Of a stretch of DNA of 64,000 bases, positions 25,426 through 38,590 are shown piece after piece. Made by a program: the position numbers and the translations under genes. Position 1 is the first letter of the stretch, and each line of letters opens with the position of its first letter. The DNA is from Dicyema japonicum. Its lineage: Eukaryota; Animalia; Dicyemida. The stretch lies in contig RDEW01000017.1 of NCBI GenBank assembly GCA_011109175.1, positions 558,001 through 622,000 on the forward strand, written 5' to 3'. The notes beneath the pieces were generated by a model. The model searched no databases. It was not told the origin of the DNA and worked only from the letters and a program-made list of their open reading frames with translations.

Positions 25426-26150
25426 ATGTCGTGTTTATTTGGTTGTTGTGTGGCAAGTGATGAAACTCTTTTTCACGTTAAACTGATGAATTTCATGCTG
25501 AGCCTGATGCCGACAGCAATCAGTCACATTGTTAAAATCAGTATGTTGCTGTGATTAAATATTTACATATTATCTTCCCAATTGGAAGCTTAAGTAAATT
25601 AGCTACGTGTCTTGTAAACGTTAAACGTCGGGTAGATCATGGGTTGCTCTGGAGATATCCTTTATTTTATTTATTTATGTATTAATTGGCCAAGTATGTC
25701 TTCAGATCATTCTTTTGTGTCGTGTAACTCAGATCATATCTAGAATCCCCTAGAAATCCAATTCCCTAGACGGATAAGGAATTACAATGTCACCGGCGCA
25801 AAGCAACCGACGTTTCAACCGCGAGCAGAACAAACAGAAAATCCTCGGGCAGGACTACGTACTTTTCTAGTTTTGACCTCTCGGCTTTCTCAGCGTAGAG
25901 CAGGCTCCAGAAACAATAAGAAAATTAAATAGAAGAAACTAATTAAGAAATTTTCCCTACTTTTAAGTACTCATCATTTAGAGTTACTCCTCATGCCAAA
26001 AGATCAATATTTTGGAAGAACCATTAATCGAAAAAATCTTCGCGATAAGAATTTGGAGGATCTTTCGTCAGGAGCTCAAAGTATAGGATGATAGTTGATA
26101 TTTTGCTAATAAAGATGCACCAAGAAAGAAGTTATTAGAACATTAAATGT
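25426..26150 (+). CDS. Putative small spliced gene of unknown function
   Basis: ATG after a hyper-AT tract (MSCLFGCCVASDE) and several GT..AG segments of 25-40 nt; no recognisable domain. Confidence 0.3.
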
Positions 26151-27699
26151 ATCCAGTTCCAACAGTCACACAAACAGAGACCTTATTCTATCTAGAACAA
26201 ACTGGAAAAAAACGTCGAGTTTTTGCGGTTGTGAGAACCCTTTGATGTAGTGGATGGAGACGAATTATTTTTTTGTGCCACATTGGTGTTAGTGGCTAGG
26301 TGCTGTATTACAAAAAGCAACTTATGTAGAATAAGATAAGATGTGGAGCAGAGGAAAGAAAGAATTACCATCAACAAAGTACTCAATGTGGGGATTCGAA
26401 CCAATAAGCATCGTTAGAGACATGATATCCTAACCACAGATGAAATGAAATTAAAAAATGTCCACGATTACGATAAAGTAACTAATTATGTGATCCCGAA
26501 ACATTTAGCAGAAACCACATCTTGGACAATGTTTTTCTCTCAAGTCCACACAAACATGTATTGGCTTGATGATCATAGTTATATGGTGGCACCCTTCGGT
26601 TCTTAGGGAATCAAGAAGATAAACATTTCTTTCCAAAAGTCCATCACATTGAACCCACTTTCTGGTAACTAGATCTCATAAACACTTAGTTACCCCGACT
26701 TCACTGACATGAAAAGGGTGACTACTATCAAGCGTCAACTGATAGTGCTGACTCGACGGCAGTAAGGGGGATTTCTGAGAGGAAAGTAAATGTGAGGAAG
26801 TAGAAGAGGTTGTTTAAGTTGTTACAAAAGATAACATTCAACTTTCTCCATGAGGAGATAACCCATGGGAATCATAGTATATTGAAGACCAAGGATATTC
26901 ACTCTAGATTGGATAGCGAGGATTACAGAAGAGGCCCATTGAATTGTTTGAAAGTCAATACGAGGAGAGAGTGGATCATAATGAAATTGTTCAATCTCAT
27001 AGCTGCCAAAAAAGGAAACTTCCTTAAAAATATTTAGCGATTTTACCGTCTCTTAGCGTTAGTATCCTCGAATTTTTGCCAAGAAATTCGATTGGGGTGT
27101 CTTCAAAACTGATCAGGATAACTTTTCATCCAAATAGGTCTCCTAGTTCCTTACTGAAAGGCAGAAAAAAACGATCGAAAGTTTTGACTCCTGAAATAAG
27201 TTATAGACTGCCTCATAACTTACATTTAAATTAAATTCTTATTCTAAGACCACAGTTGAGCCTAATAAGTGATCCTGGCTAATTTACTACAGTCTCTCAA
27301 CTTGGATTGATGCTCCTCCCTTAATTCAATGAAATCTTAATGAGGTCGGGCTATCTCCTGATCACGTTTGATCAGGTTCCTCCGTTATTCCTTTGGATTA
27401 TGATCTCCAAGGGTGTCGCATCATGTTCTTTTGTCTGTAGACTACTTCTCTGTCACCCAAAAGTCCTTTTTGTATAACCTCGATTTTCCGAGAGATCGAA
27501 GGTCCACATGAGGCACATGAACATAAAATCAGTGGCAATATATTGAAAATAAAGCGGTTTTAGTACTGGATGGTTTCCAATTACCATATTCGTTAAGGCT
27601 TTTCAGCAGGTTGATTTTTTCCTCAAATTTGTTAGCATATTTCCGACATGCCAAAATCATGTGTATCGAAAATCACTCCCCAGGTTTTTTGCCATTTTT

Positions 27700-27925
27700 T
27701 GATTATTGTTAACCAGTGAAACCGAGAAAAAAGTTAACAGTTAGCAACTAATTAAATGTACCCAGCTCCTTCCAATGTCATGCAAGTCCATCCAGAACCA
27801 GCGTAAAAGATAAAAGACGTCCATTCCTTTGGATCACATGACGCCCATTCTAGTAAAAAAGGGGGGGGGGAAGAACGAGAGCATTCACGACGTACTACCA
27901 TAAAATGCCACATAGCACCACGAGG
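27700..27925 (-). mobile_element. SINE-like family 2 copy
   Basis: Core GGCGTCATGTGATCCA and body shared with 50505-50755. Confidence 0.75.
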
Positions 27926-28095
27926 CTTGAGTAATGATGATAAAATGTCACAAAAGAGAGTATATTTAGTAATGTTTGAATATATCTCCACTTAAGAGAA
28001 TATTTTAATTAATGTTTGAACATATTTCCACTTAATTTTAAAAAATAAATAAAATACAAATACTGACATATATTTGAAAAAACGCGCATATTTGG

Positions 28096-28452
28096 ATGAC
28101 GTCTGTGCTTGACGGCTATAAAAATCGTATGCTATAATAAGTAAAACGTAGAGAAAGTGTGCATAGTGACATCAGATGGTAGAATAATAATAGTAAATAC
28201 GAATTTGTAATTTACTAAGGGTACTATGAGAGGCTGCGATCAGACCATAAATGTGGTTCTGACAGACAGCTTTGAGAGAATATACAGCACGAATAATGAT
28301 GTCGAAGAGATTGTCTTAGGCCTTAATATCATCCGTGGTGACAATGTGTATGTTTGGCTCTGTATGTTAGTGCTATCATTGGGAGAGTTGACGAAGAGGC
28401 TGAATTCCGTAGTGATGTTCGAGCAGAACCACTGAATGCTATAATTCATTGA
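28096..28452 (+). CDS. LSM8: U6 snRNA-associated Sm-like protein LSm8 (introns of 25, 27 and 23 nt)
   Basis: Spliced: MTSVLDGYKNQKVCIVTSDGRIIIGTMRGCDQTINVVL..LGLNIIRGDNVAIIGRVDEE..RAEPLNAIIH*. Confidence 0.95.
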
Positions 28453-30399
28453 TTTATAAAATTTGTTTTCTAATTTATGATTGTCATTATCGGATACTCC
28501 TCTTTTCTTGTCGAGGCCCACCTCCAGCATCTCCGCCCTACCAGATCCATGTGACTGATCTTTGGAGACTCCAATTTTGGGTTGATGCATTGCTATTAAT
28601 CACCTTTTTCTTTCCTTAAAAGAACGGGGGTAAATAAATTAAATTATTGAGAACATCCGTATAATTATACTAACTATATTTCTACACGTGGGACTCAAAC
28701 ATAGTTCGGTGGATTAAGCATACATTTTTATGCGCTTGGGTCTTCCTTTATTCTGCACACGTTGGAGGAGATCATGACAGAGGGTATATTTATGGTATGG
28801 TGTATGACATTATCTAAGGGAGTCAAGGCATCAGCTTTGCTAACTTGACTAGTCTACTGAGTAATCAACTAAATGGCTAATTTCGTCGCGGTATCTTAGC
28901 GATTCCGGATGATGATAGGTACGTGTGAAAACTATCTTTGTTTCTCCCTGTTCATTTACAGTAAGCCATCTCCGTCATTGAGACATTTATTTTATGTTAA
29001 GACCATTAGTGATCCTAGTCGTCCTTATAGACATGAGGAATATCTGGTGTTCCTCAAAAGTTCCTACATTCCTGAACACACACAGTGCTAGGTAGGGCGA
29101 GTCAGCATTGTCTAAGGAATCAAATTTCTTTTTAAACGCTCGAGTAACCCCAAGGTTGGATGATCTCAAAAGAAAAGTTTTCTAGAATTTGCTTAAGCGT
29201 ATACTGAGTACATTCGTTTTTCTTTCTAAACCCAGTGATTCCTCCAAAAACCTGTTTTTCTGAAATCATTATGCAATTTGTAATCATTTTAAATAGTGAA
29301 AAATGACTTTGGGCCATTTTGCAGCAAAGATGTTTCAGATTTATACTGAGATGTCTACGTTTCTTTTTCTGTGGAGAATTTGGCCTAACGAATTGGGAGA
29401 AACAAAAGACTCACTCTGCGTAATCTGTTACGATAAATGAGACGATGGAGATTATGGTTGACTCGATTTTCAGAACGGAAATAATCAGTGACGATAACAT
29501 CTTTATGATTTGCCAAGAATGAAGTTATGTCCGCGACGGTAGGACGTGTGATGAAAATGGAAGAGAGTGGACCTGATTCTCCACCTCTCTTCTGAGGCGG
29601 AAGTCTGTAATGGACTATCTGAGGATGGATTTGATTGGTACAAACAGACGTTCTCCCTTGGGTTCCTTCCTTTGATTAATTAGTTGTGATTTTTCTGCTG
29701 GGCTTACCAAAAATTGTAAGCATGGGGTTAAAAAAATTAAAATGTGCATGTTTTCAATCGTTGCCAATCAAAAAGACTTCGGAGGACTTTATTGTGCCCA
29801 TAGTAGAAATGAGGCTGGACTTGCGGATGTAGTATTAAGCTTAATGAAGGGATAAAATATTGATTCTCAGTCTGACTGCAAAGTTATCCAGCAAGAGTGT
29901 ATCCATCACCCTTTTAGCAAAATTTAAAAAAATGCAAAGTTTATTAGCATACAAATTCGGTGGTTATATAGCTGTAGCCATGACTGGATTGCTTTTTCCT
30001 CTGTGGATTGCTGGGGAGATATGCTCAAACAGCCATCGGCGTTCCCTGAAATCACCGGACCGAGCCGAGATTTGAGGTATTCCGGGATCACTTAATTAGT
30101 TGAAAATTCTGATTTAAAAAATTATTTATATATATGTGAGTTCTTTGACATTCGTATTTGGTTAAGCAGGTTAAACAAAGTATGGACTGATCTCAGTATG
30201 AAGAAACTAACTTGCTATGATGAGATAAGCCCCTCGCATGGGCTAGAAAGTTGTTAGAGAAGTAAACAACATGAGTTTCTTCATTTATAAATACTTTCTA
30301 GTAAAGCAAAATGTATTGGATAACGTTTTTCATTTTAGTTTCTGTTTCGGTCGATGGAAAAAATGTTTAGGTGGATTTCTAGGAATTCCAAAGACCAAA

Positions 30400-30665
30400 G
30401 GTAACCCCAAACTGATTCCTTGATCCCGACGCGTTACAGCATAACCCTCTCCCAAGCGAACTGATCAAGAAGAAGTTGTCTGGGAAGCTTAGGTCGATTC
30501 CAAAATTCTTTGCCAAGGAGCGAAAATGTCTCCAAGTGGAATAAATAGATGGATCCTTCTAAGTGTTGACCAGACATTGAGCGTCTCAAGACTAAGGTGG
30601 ATCAAATGACGCCACTAGAGGGAAGGAAGAAAAATCTTCAATCATTTAGCCACATGCACTACGCA
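30400..30665 (-). mobile_element. SINE-like family 2 related copy
   Basis: Minus strand GTGCATGTGGCTAAATG..GTGGCGTCATTTGATCCACC. Confidence 0.55.
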
Positions 30666-30704
30666 ACCAAGAAAATTTTTGATGGTACCTTTCCATCCTG
30701 CAAC

Positions 30705-30985
30705 TATTTATTTATTTATTTAACACCAAGACCACGGTAAAACCAAAACTAACTATCACGTGATCCCGATGCGCTCCGCCAAAATCCTCATTCTTTCCTG
30801 GTGCTCCTCCCTCGTACCCACACAAGCTCGTACAGAGCGGCTGACTGTATTTGCAGGGCCACCTTCTCGCATGCCGGAGTTTTGTTTAATGAGAGCCTCC
30901 AGAGTAGTCGGTCCGGTTCTATGTCTCCCACAAGACCACCGCTCCGGCATTCTGAAAGCCTTCTTCCTGCAACTAAATCAATATA
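30705..30985 (-). mobile_element. I-group LINE family C 3' end
   Basis: ..ERIGIT* then 3' UTR GGGATCACGTGATAGTTAG..TTTTACCG; matches 62105-62165. Confidence 0.75.
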
Positions 30986-31111
30986 TGATAATTTTTTAGT
31001 TAAAATTAAATATTTAATTTGAATAATTTGAACATTTAATTATTTAGTAGTAATTCGCTGTTGGGAAACGAAAATTACATATTGCTACCAATAGTGCTTT
31101 GAATTCGGTAT

Positions 31112-31450
31112 TCTTCCTCAGTGAAATTATCCGCAATCGAGGAGACTGCAATAAAGTTAATTGGACCAGATCACAATATCCAACCCATAGAAAACTTTTT
31201 AATCGAACTGCAACGGAAACTATTAAAGGAGGCTAATCTACCGAGCTGCCCTCTATTCCAAATACTATCGAATTATCTACAATCATACAGAAATTTTGAG
31301 CCGATGCCATGTCCAATGAGAAGAGTTGTTCAGGATTCTCGACCCCGCCGGACTCGTCCTCACCTTTGTCGGTCTGGGATCACTTAGTTAGATGAGAACT
31401 TTTATTTCTTTCTCTTTGACCCAGTGATCCTGGGGGTAATAATAGTAATA
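31112..31450 (+). mobile_element. Family A LINE 3' end
   Basis: ORF 31121-31387 nearly identical to 39752-40020; same 3' UTR and TAA tail. Confidence 0.92.
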
Positions 31451-32299
31451 ATTCGGTGTTCTTATGTCTCAGTCTCCATATGAATTCTGTCAAATAGGTG
31501 CTCAGATGGCGTCGTGCGGTTCCCATCTTCAACCCTAATCTTTCACCACCTATATTTAATTAAACAGATAATACCGATTTTCGATTTTAACGCGGTAATT
31601 AATTCATTAATTCAATTGTTACTTTTAAAATCAGTAAAAATCGATACAAGATTTTCAACTTTAACGAATTTAAATCCGGGCCTTCTATTTCCACGATCCA
31701 GGCCCACCGATTCCAAAGCTTCCTCAGGAGAACACTTCACAACTCCTTGATGGCGGCATGCCTCCAGAACCGGCAATTGCTGAGATGGCAAGAGAACTGG
31801 TGAAGCCTTTGTAGCATTACTATGGTTGTTATGGAGGACGATAAATTTTTAAGAGGGGCGCAAATTTTTTCATAATACAAAAAAGGCTGAAACGGTATTT
31901 TATACGATATTTCTGAGTTTTGTCGAACAATGAGAGTCATTGATTTGTAATTTATCTGCACCTTCGATTTCTCCAAATCGTTGATTACTTTCTTCTTCAA
32001 TTATGATAAAATCAATGCGACTACTCTTCACAATCAGTAATGTTGTCACTAAGTTTGAAAAGAGATCTATTGTCATTGGCTGTAATTCCAACGAGTCCGA
32101 TGTGTCTGTAGAATTCTCTGTGTAATCAATTATATGAAAGTCTTTTAACTGGGGATCACCAAGAGAAGCTTAGGTTTAGTCTCTGTGATCTACCATTAAC
32201 TTAATATCACACGTGGGTCAATCCTATAACTTCCAAATTTTATGTTTTTTATTTTTCGAATATCATAGTTCATTGCTTGAATCATAAACGCAGAATCTC

Positions 32300-32655
32300 T
32301 CTGAACATCCCACGTCTCTATGAACCCGTTATTAGTTTTATAAAAACAAATATATTTCACGTGACTGTGATTATGTCTCGTAGTTTATACATAATAAATA
32401 ATAAGCAGCCCCAAGGAATAGTAAAGTTTCCATTACTTAAACGTTTTTCCAAGGTAAAGAAAACCGATTGGTTAGAAAGTTCCCCTCCTAATCGGATTTC
32501 TCTGCAGGGATGAGAGAAGGCTCTTTCGCACGTTAGTGGGAACAACGAGGGGCCACAGACCTCTGACGGCTCTATTGATTACGAGAACTGGGATTACATA
32601 CCTTTCTGACGTTTTTTTCCTGTCTTTCTCGTTGATCCCAAGGTTCTAAATAAAT
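32300..32655 (+). mobile_element. Family D-like LINE 3' remnant
   Basis: GGATTTCTCTGCAGGGATGAGAGAAGGCTCTTTC and 3' UTR resemble the reverse complement of 21255-21450. Confidence 0.65.
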
Positions 32656-33440
32656 CTCAGCTTAGGCAAAACTCGTAATTTATTTAAGAAGTAAGAACAA
32701 TTAATCCAAGGCATTATTATGTCACATGGGCCAAGCGATACCTATGGGCTGCCTGTTACATTATACTGGATAATACTGAAACTCAAACTTATCCAGTCGC
32801 AATGAGGGATTTGTTCCAAAGTCCTTTTTAGCCCGAACCTATTTATTAATGTTTTTAATTCATGCTTTATCTCCCATGTTAAAAGTATATTTACTATTAT
32901 GAACATTTATTTTCCTGTTCATAGCTTTGTAATAATTCGAATTTTCTTCAATCGATTTAATTTCGAAATTGAATCTCTTCGCATTCGGACACAAATTATC
33001 TGACTGGGAATTATCTAGATATAAATTTTTTAAATCGAACTACGTGAATTTTCAATAGATTCTGGAGTCGAACAATAATCATAACATTTATGAATAAAAA
33101 ACTAATTTAACAGGATTAAATCACGATATAAATCGGATATACAAAATTAAATGTCGGATAATCAAAAGACCTTTTCAAGGTCGAAAAAATGTAACAGGCT
33201 GCCCATGCGTTACGCCGCCATGTGACATATTAATCCAAGACATTGAAAATGTTCTTGCCTTCTCGTTCTTTTCTCTTTGCTTGTGTGTGAATCCCAGAAC
33301 ACAATCCGGCCTCGCAGTCATGAAACACTGATGACGGTGTATCTCGTAAACCTAGAAGCATCGTAGATGCGTGGAATCTTCAACCGAATGGACAACTCCG
33401 AGATTAGAACCCGAGAACTCCTGGATTTTAGTCTTTTTGG
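32655..33440 (-). mobile_element. SINE-like family 1 / RTE 5' module interrupted by a MITE
   Basis: 33250-33430 aligns with 21010-21190; 32655-32705 aligns with 20940-20990. Confidence 0.7.
32718..33229. mobile_element. MITE (non-autonomous TIR element)
   Basis: Imperfect ~45-bp TIRs TATGTCACATGG..CCTGTTACATT and AATGTAACAGG..CCATGTGACATA; AT-rich non-coding interior. Confidence 0.8.
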
Positions 33441-33860
33441 ATGGAATTGGAAAAATAATGATCTTTTTTGAATGCTGGTCAGGCATTGGCCATCTCCTTA
33501 GTCGGGCAAACGCCATGATGCTTCGTGAGAAATGAATAAGGTAACTTTCAGACCAAATGAGTAGCGGTATTAATCGAATCCGACGTAAGTGACAACACAG
33601 GGAACTATACTAACGGGTCCGGCTTAGAAATTATACGTAAATAGCCTATTAACTAATTAATACGTTTAAGAATATACTTAGAATCGTAAAAATTATATAA
33701 AAATGATATTCTTAAAAAATTTGGGTTATTTTGTAAAGAATCTATCGTCACACGGTTGATTTGGAAATTTAAATTAAAGCGTTGTAATTTTTAAATAATA
33801 AATTTAAAATATTTATCATAAAAAATTAAATAATTTATTTTAGCAAATAAAAATTTGTTT

Positions 33861-35264
33861 ATGAACACTGTGGGTGTTTATCTAACAATTACAATTCTTT
33901 TGCTCTCCCTTTCGTTGGTTTTCGGTTTCAATGAAGTTAAGAAAAGAGGTTAACCGAGTCTATCTAATGGTAGGATTGGATGCATTGGTTGGGACATCCC
34001 CTATTCCCGAGAATCGATCGCAATGGATGACTTCGCGTTTCTACATCGCTCTGGCGAGAGTAATAATGACTGATCTATTCCTTCTCTTGGTGATCCTCAC
34101 TTTTTATGGTAGTGCGTCGTGAATGCTCTCTACAGTGTTTTCGTGTTGGTTGGCGTTGTCCTTTACAAACTTGTCTTCTCCTCCCATATTTCCAATCATG
34201 AAAAAATGGTTTCGCTCTTAGTTTACTCCCAGGAACTGAAAAACAAGTTCCAACGGATGGTCTTCAAGTCCCTGGTTTTTGTTTTTGCGGTCTTAAATCT
34301 GGAGACCATTTTTGAGATTCTTTTTTGGATATTCTGGCTTTCCAGCATTCAGTTCACCCGACTTTTTGTTCTCCTCTGCAAACTGAGATATGTAAGGGTT
34401 TTACTCAGCTCAGAATTCACCAAACTCAACTCTTACCCATCATCGACTTCTCTTCCTCATATCCCTGACTATGGCCTTCACTATGGTGACAATTTTAATA
34501 TCCCTCCTCACTTCCTTGACCGTTTCATTGGCCGCTGGGATCTTCATGGGATCCGAGGTGGTCATTTCTTACCAACCCAGGCTATAATTCTGTTCTTACA
34601 GACCCTCAAACTGCTCATTCGATGCCTTGCAGTCCGTTCTGACAGGGATGCTGCTTTAAGTGATATCGGCTTTTCCCAAATTCAGATTTTTGTGAAGATT
34701 CTACACACTATACACATGATGGTGGTCTTTAAACTCATCCAAGGCATACACAGAGGGGATCTTGTCGGTAATCAACACTGTTTTAGCGAGTTCTCTGCTC
34801 AGATTAATCCAAAAGTTTGTGATAAATTTGAAAGTATGTCTCCACCGTTATTCCACGGAGCTGGCTATTCATAAACAGTTATCGTTTGTTTAATACAGTC
34901 TTGTGAGCGTCGGGGATGACGGGGAGCCTCTGAACTGTCCGATTTGCCTGGAGGATGTCGAATGTGAGGAGGCATCACAGTTGCCCTGCAAGCACATATT
35001 TCACCGAAAGTGCATTCTAACGTGGTTTAACCGTGATTTGTCTTGTCCGTTGTGTCGACAGGATGTTATTCCTAAAATGGTGAATGAGGGTCCTGTGGGG
35101 GATGTGCACAGAATTAATGGGTATATGTCGAGGATTTTTGGTTTTACTTTGTCTTAATCGATAGTTCCGAGAATTTTGGAGTTGCTTGGATCAATCCACA
35201 TTGATTTGGTGAGTGTTTGTTACTGATTGGTTAGGGAGATGGATTAATGAATGCAGACGAGTGA
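33861..35264 (+). CDS. AMFR: Membrane-anchored RING-H2 E3 ligase, AMFR/gp78-like
   Basis: Hydrophobic exons FKSLVFVFAVLNLETIFEILFWIFW..LLCKLR; RING-H2 CPICLE..LPCKHIFHRKC..W..CPLCR; tiny introns; 3' end uncertain. Confidence 0.72.
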
Positions 35265-36544
35265 TGACTACACGGAGTATTATTATATGCTGATACTAAA
35301 ATGATATTTACTTTGTGTGTTTTAATAGATTGCTTTTGTGCTGATTTGGTAGATTCTCCGTGTTTTTAAGCGTTGTACTGATAGAAGGATCGCGTTGGAT
35401 GATTGTTTGCTAATAACACGTGAGGGCTTTATTCCTAGTTAGTTACTCTCGCCTGACGGGTGCTCCATAAATTTCCTTTCTTACCGGATGACCTCTTGGC
35501 TGCCTTTGAGTTGGCTTCAAGTCGCTTTAATGGATTAGAAGTCATGTAGAAGGCCGACTGGCATTAGGCACCCAACTGAGATTGCTGGAGCCTCCAAAAG
35601 TCTATTTGAGTCATTGGTGGTCCTAGTCAAGAAAGGATTTAATTGATAATATCACCAAGCTGGTCGTATGAAGGGAGCCAAAACTCAGATTCATCTCAGA
35701 AGAGGAAATATCCCGAGCAGATTTCTGATAAGATTTTTACGAATCTCTATCAAGGGTTGCTTCCGAGTGGTCCATTGGTGGGGGTTACGGATTCTTACAC
35801 TAGAATTATATTTGATAATATAGCAGTAAGGAAAATATGCGGTTTTCTCATTTTTATATTTGAAAAACTTCATTGGCAGAATGTCCTGACTCCTGATATT
35901 TCCCTATTCCGCATAAATTTTCACAGAAATCTAATTTTTAGTATTTTCCAGTTGCATCTTCTATACCGAGGTAAGTTCGTTGGCTTTCTTGATTTTCAAG
36001 TAAAAGTTATACAGAAAACGTAGAGTACAAAATTATTACAACACACATAGAATCATATTAACTATCATCCTAAACATCATCTAAGTTCTTTTAGTTTCAG
36101 AGTGGTCGGGATTTGAACTGGATTCTTCGTAATCTGACACTTCCTTTTTTAAAGTTGATTTCTGATATCTCCTAAGTCTATCAACTAGTCATTGGTCACG
36201 GGAAAAAGAAAAACATTGACTTTCATCCACTATTTAGAAAGTTGACGTTTATTCAATAAAGCTACGTCACCACCTCAGGTTCAAATTAATCGACCACTAG
36301 GCTAATCGGTTGTATATCGTACTTTTAAAATACGTGCACTAATACCATTTAGCTGAGTGCATCTGATATCAACTGTAAACAATCTTTACTGTCTATCGCA
36401 GAGATCTTATCGTCAATTATTTGGAAAATAGTCGACGAGTTAGTCGCCAAATACAAAAGACGACGAAAGATTAAAAGTACTTTTTTGGGATTAAATACTC
36501 AAAGTGAATTGCCTGTAGATTCTACCACCATGAGGATGTGAGAT

Positions 36545-36965
36545 GATACACTTTATTAGATAGTCATTGATGACGGCGTCACTGAAACCCAAAGCATCGT
36601 AGATACGCGAAACCTTCAGCCGGGATGGATAACAGTAAGATTCGAATCTGGAACCATAAGGATTTTGTCCGGAACTTATGACACTGCCCTGTCCAGTTTT
36701 GATTATAGTAAAACTTATTATAAGTACAGTAAAAATTTTTCTATAAACTCCCAAACTAGCTAATTCGAGAGAAAATTGATTTTTAATCCACTCGAATTTC
36801 TTATTTTACTTCTTAATATAACAACTGCACTTTTACGCAGAGCCATATCAGCTACAGCTCCGCTCATGCAGGACAAACAATTCAGTTAACTAAAGAACAG
36901 TTATGCTAACTAATCGTAGAGGAAGAACTAAGGAAGTCTTTTCATTTCCTTTTTCTTTTTGTTGC
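36545..36965 (-). mobile_element. Two SINE-like family 1 / RTE 5' fragments (head+body 36545-36690; distal UTR+ATG 36780-36965)
   Basis: TGATGACGGCGTCAC..GCATCGTAGAT..GATTCGAA; GAGCCATA..GCTCCGC..GCAGGACA..AAAGAACAGTTA..ACTAATCGTAGA. Confidence 0.75.
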
Positions 36966-37359
36966 TGGTGGGCACAATGCATTTGAATTATCTTCCACGT
37001 CCATCTTTTCGGTTGATTGAAAAGAAACATCGATCAAACTCTTATTATATTTTATTTTTATACTTAAAGAGGAATGGAAAACCTGCATACTGAACAATTT
37101 TTTTACAACGGCTTCAATAACATTTATTTTGATGGCAAAATATGAGTGAAAACACTCCTCGATTAACTAGATTCAGGAATGAGTATTTTATATGCAGGCA
37201 TAAGCTATTGTATGTATTTCGGATTAGGGTCTGGGATGAGTTAGGGGTTAGGGTTGGGTTAGAAAATTCATTATTGTCTCGTCTTCAAAATATGTTTAAC
37301 GTGACCTATTAATTAAAAAAAGTCACTAACATCTTTGACCACACATCCATGTAAAATAT

Positions 37360-37890
37360 TATTATTTAAGCCAAAGAAACACCGTCTTAACCACTAACTA
37401 ATATTCTGGTGATCCCGACATCCCTATATAATCGGGCCATCTTTTCTCGATGTTCCGACAGTGACCCCACACATTTTCTATACGGACGGGGTCTTTTTTC
37501 CTTCTCTTCTGAAATTGCCTCCATTTTCCTCTATGATAGACTCGAGTGTTCTGGGGGCAATTTCTTTATCCGTATATTTTTCCAGTAAATTTACTGGTTT
37601 TGACTGGATCTATGAATTTTTATTAGGTTCGTTGCAGCCAGGTTAGATCCCCACGCAGCACATGCATAGCCTATTGTTGGCTGGATATACTGCTTGTATA
37701 CCTGGCGGATAAATTCCTCCACAGTTCCAAAGGAAGGCTTTTACAAAATTGATCTTCTTTGCCCAGGTTGATATAATGGATTCCACATGGGTTGAGAAGC
37801 AGAAAAAATTATCAAAAGTTACTCCCAGTATCTTCTGCGATTTCTTTTGTGGTATAGGCACTCAATTTATCGTGACATCAATTGTTATTA
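37360..37890 (-). mobile_element. I-group LINE family B 3' fragment
   Basis: Reverse complement closely matches 49300-49830. Confidence 0.9.
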
Positions 37891-37984
37891 TTATTATTTA
37901 TTTAATTGTTATTATATGCACTGTAAAATAATAAAATTAAAAAAATAAATAATGATAACGATTTATTAACAAAAGAGTTAAGGA

Positions 37985-38590
37985 GTTTTCGGGAGGGTAT
38001 TACATCTGAGTCTTACCAAAAGGCTTGTAATCCACACCTGGACCCTTGCTCCTTTTTTAAAAATTTTCAATGCGTTTCTCCCAGTTTTATATACGTGTCC
38101 CGGATCTTTGATCTCCTTCTGAAACCATTGATGATCCTTCCAGTCCTGCTAACAGGTTCTAACTGCTTGTTTTCGTCCTCGCTTAGAGAGTCTTTCAGTT
38201 TCTTGTTAAAGGAGAGCTTAATTGTAGCTCTCCTAGTTTTCTCTAGGAGGGATAAGATCTTCTCACTCTTAGGAGAGAAAAACCACCCCTCGCACCCATA
38301 AAGTAGGCTAAGGAGAATAACTTCCTTGAAGATGAACAGGTAGATGTCAATCTGGTCCGACTGCGACGGGTTTGAAGATGAACAGGTAGATGTCAATCTG
38401 GTCCATCACAATTATGTCATCAGCATAAATAAGAAGACTAGTATTAATATTCCTAGGACGTGGAAAACTTTCCATGAATATATTAAACAAAATAAGGCTA
38501 AATACATAACTTTGTGGTACTCCTCTTTTGAATGATATTGCATCAGATATATTTCCACACACTTTCACAAAAAAACTGCCTTTGTGAAGA
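37985..38590 (-). mobile_element. Deleted LINE RT/3' remnant (separate family)
   Basis: KRGVPQSYVFSLILFNIFM..IYADD and LLYGCEGW. Confidence 0.75.

Noticed and set aside
28470-29950. Minus-strand gene convergent with LSM8
   Set aside because: Short ORFs without recognisable motifs or a consistent splice path; left unannotated, as are 31500-32230 and 43700-44700.
37222-37262. Telomere or telomere-addition site (TTAGGG-like units)
   Set aside because: Only a few degenerate internal units; more likely part of a repeat.
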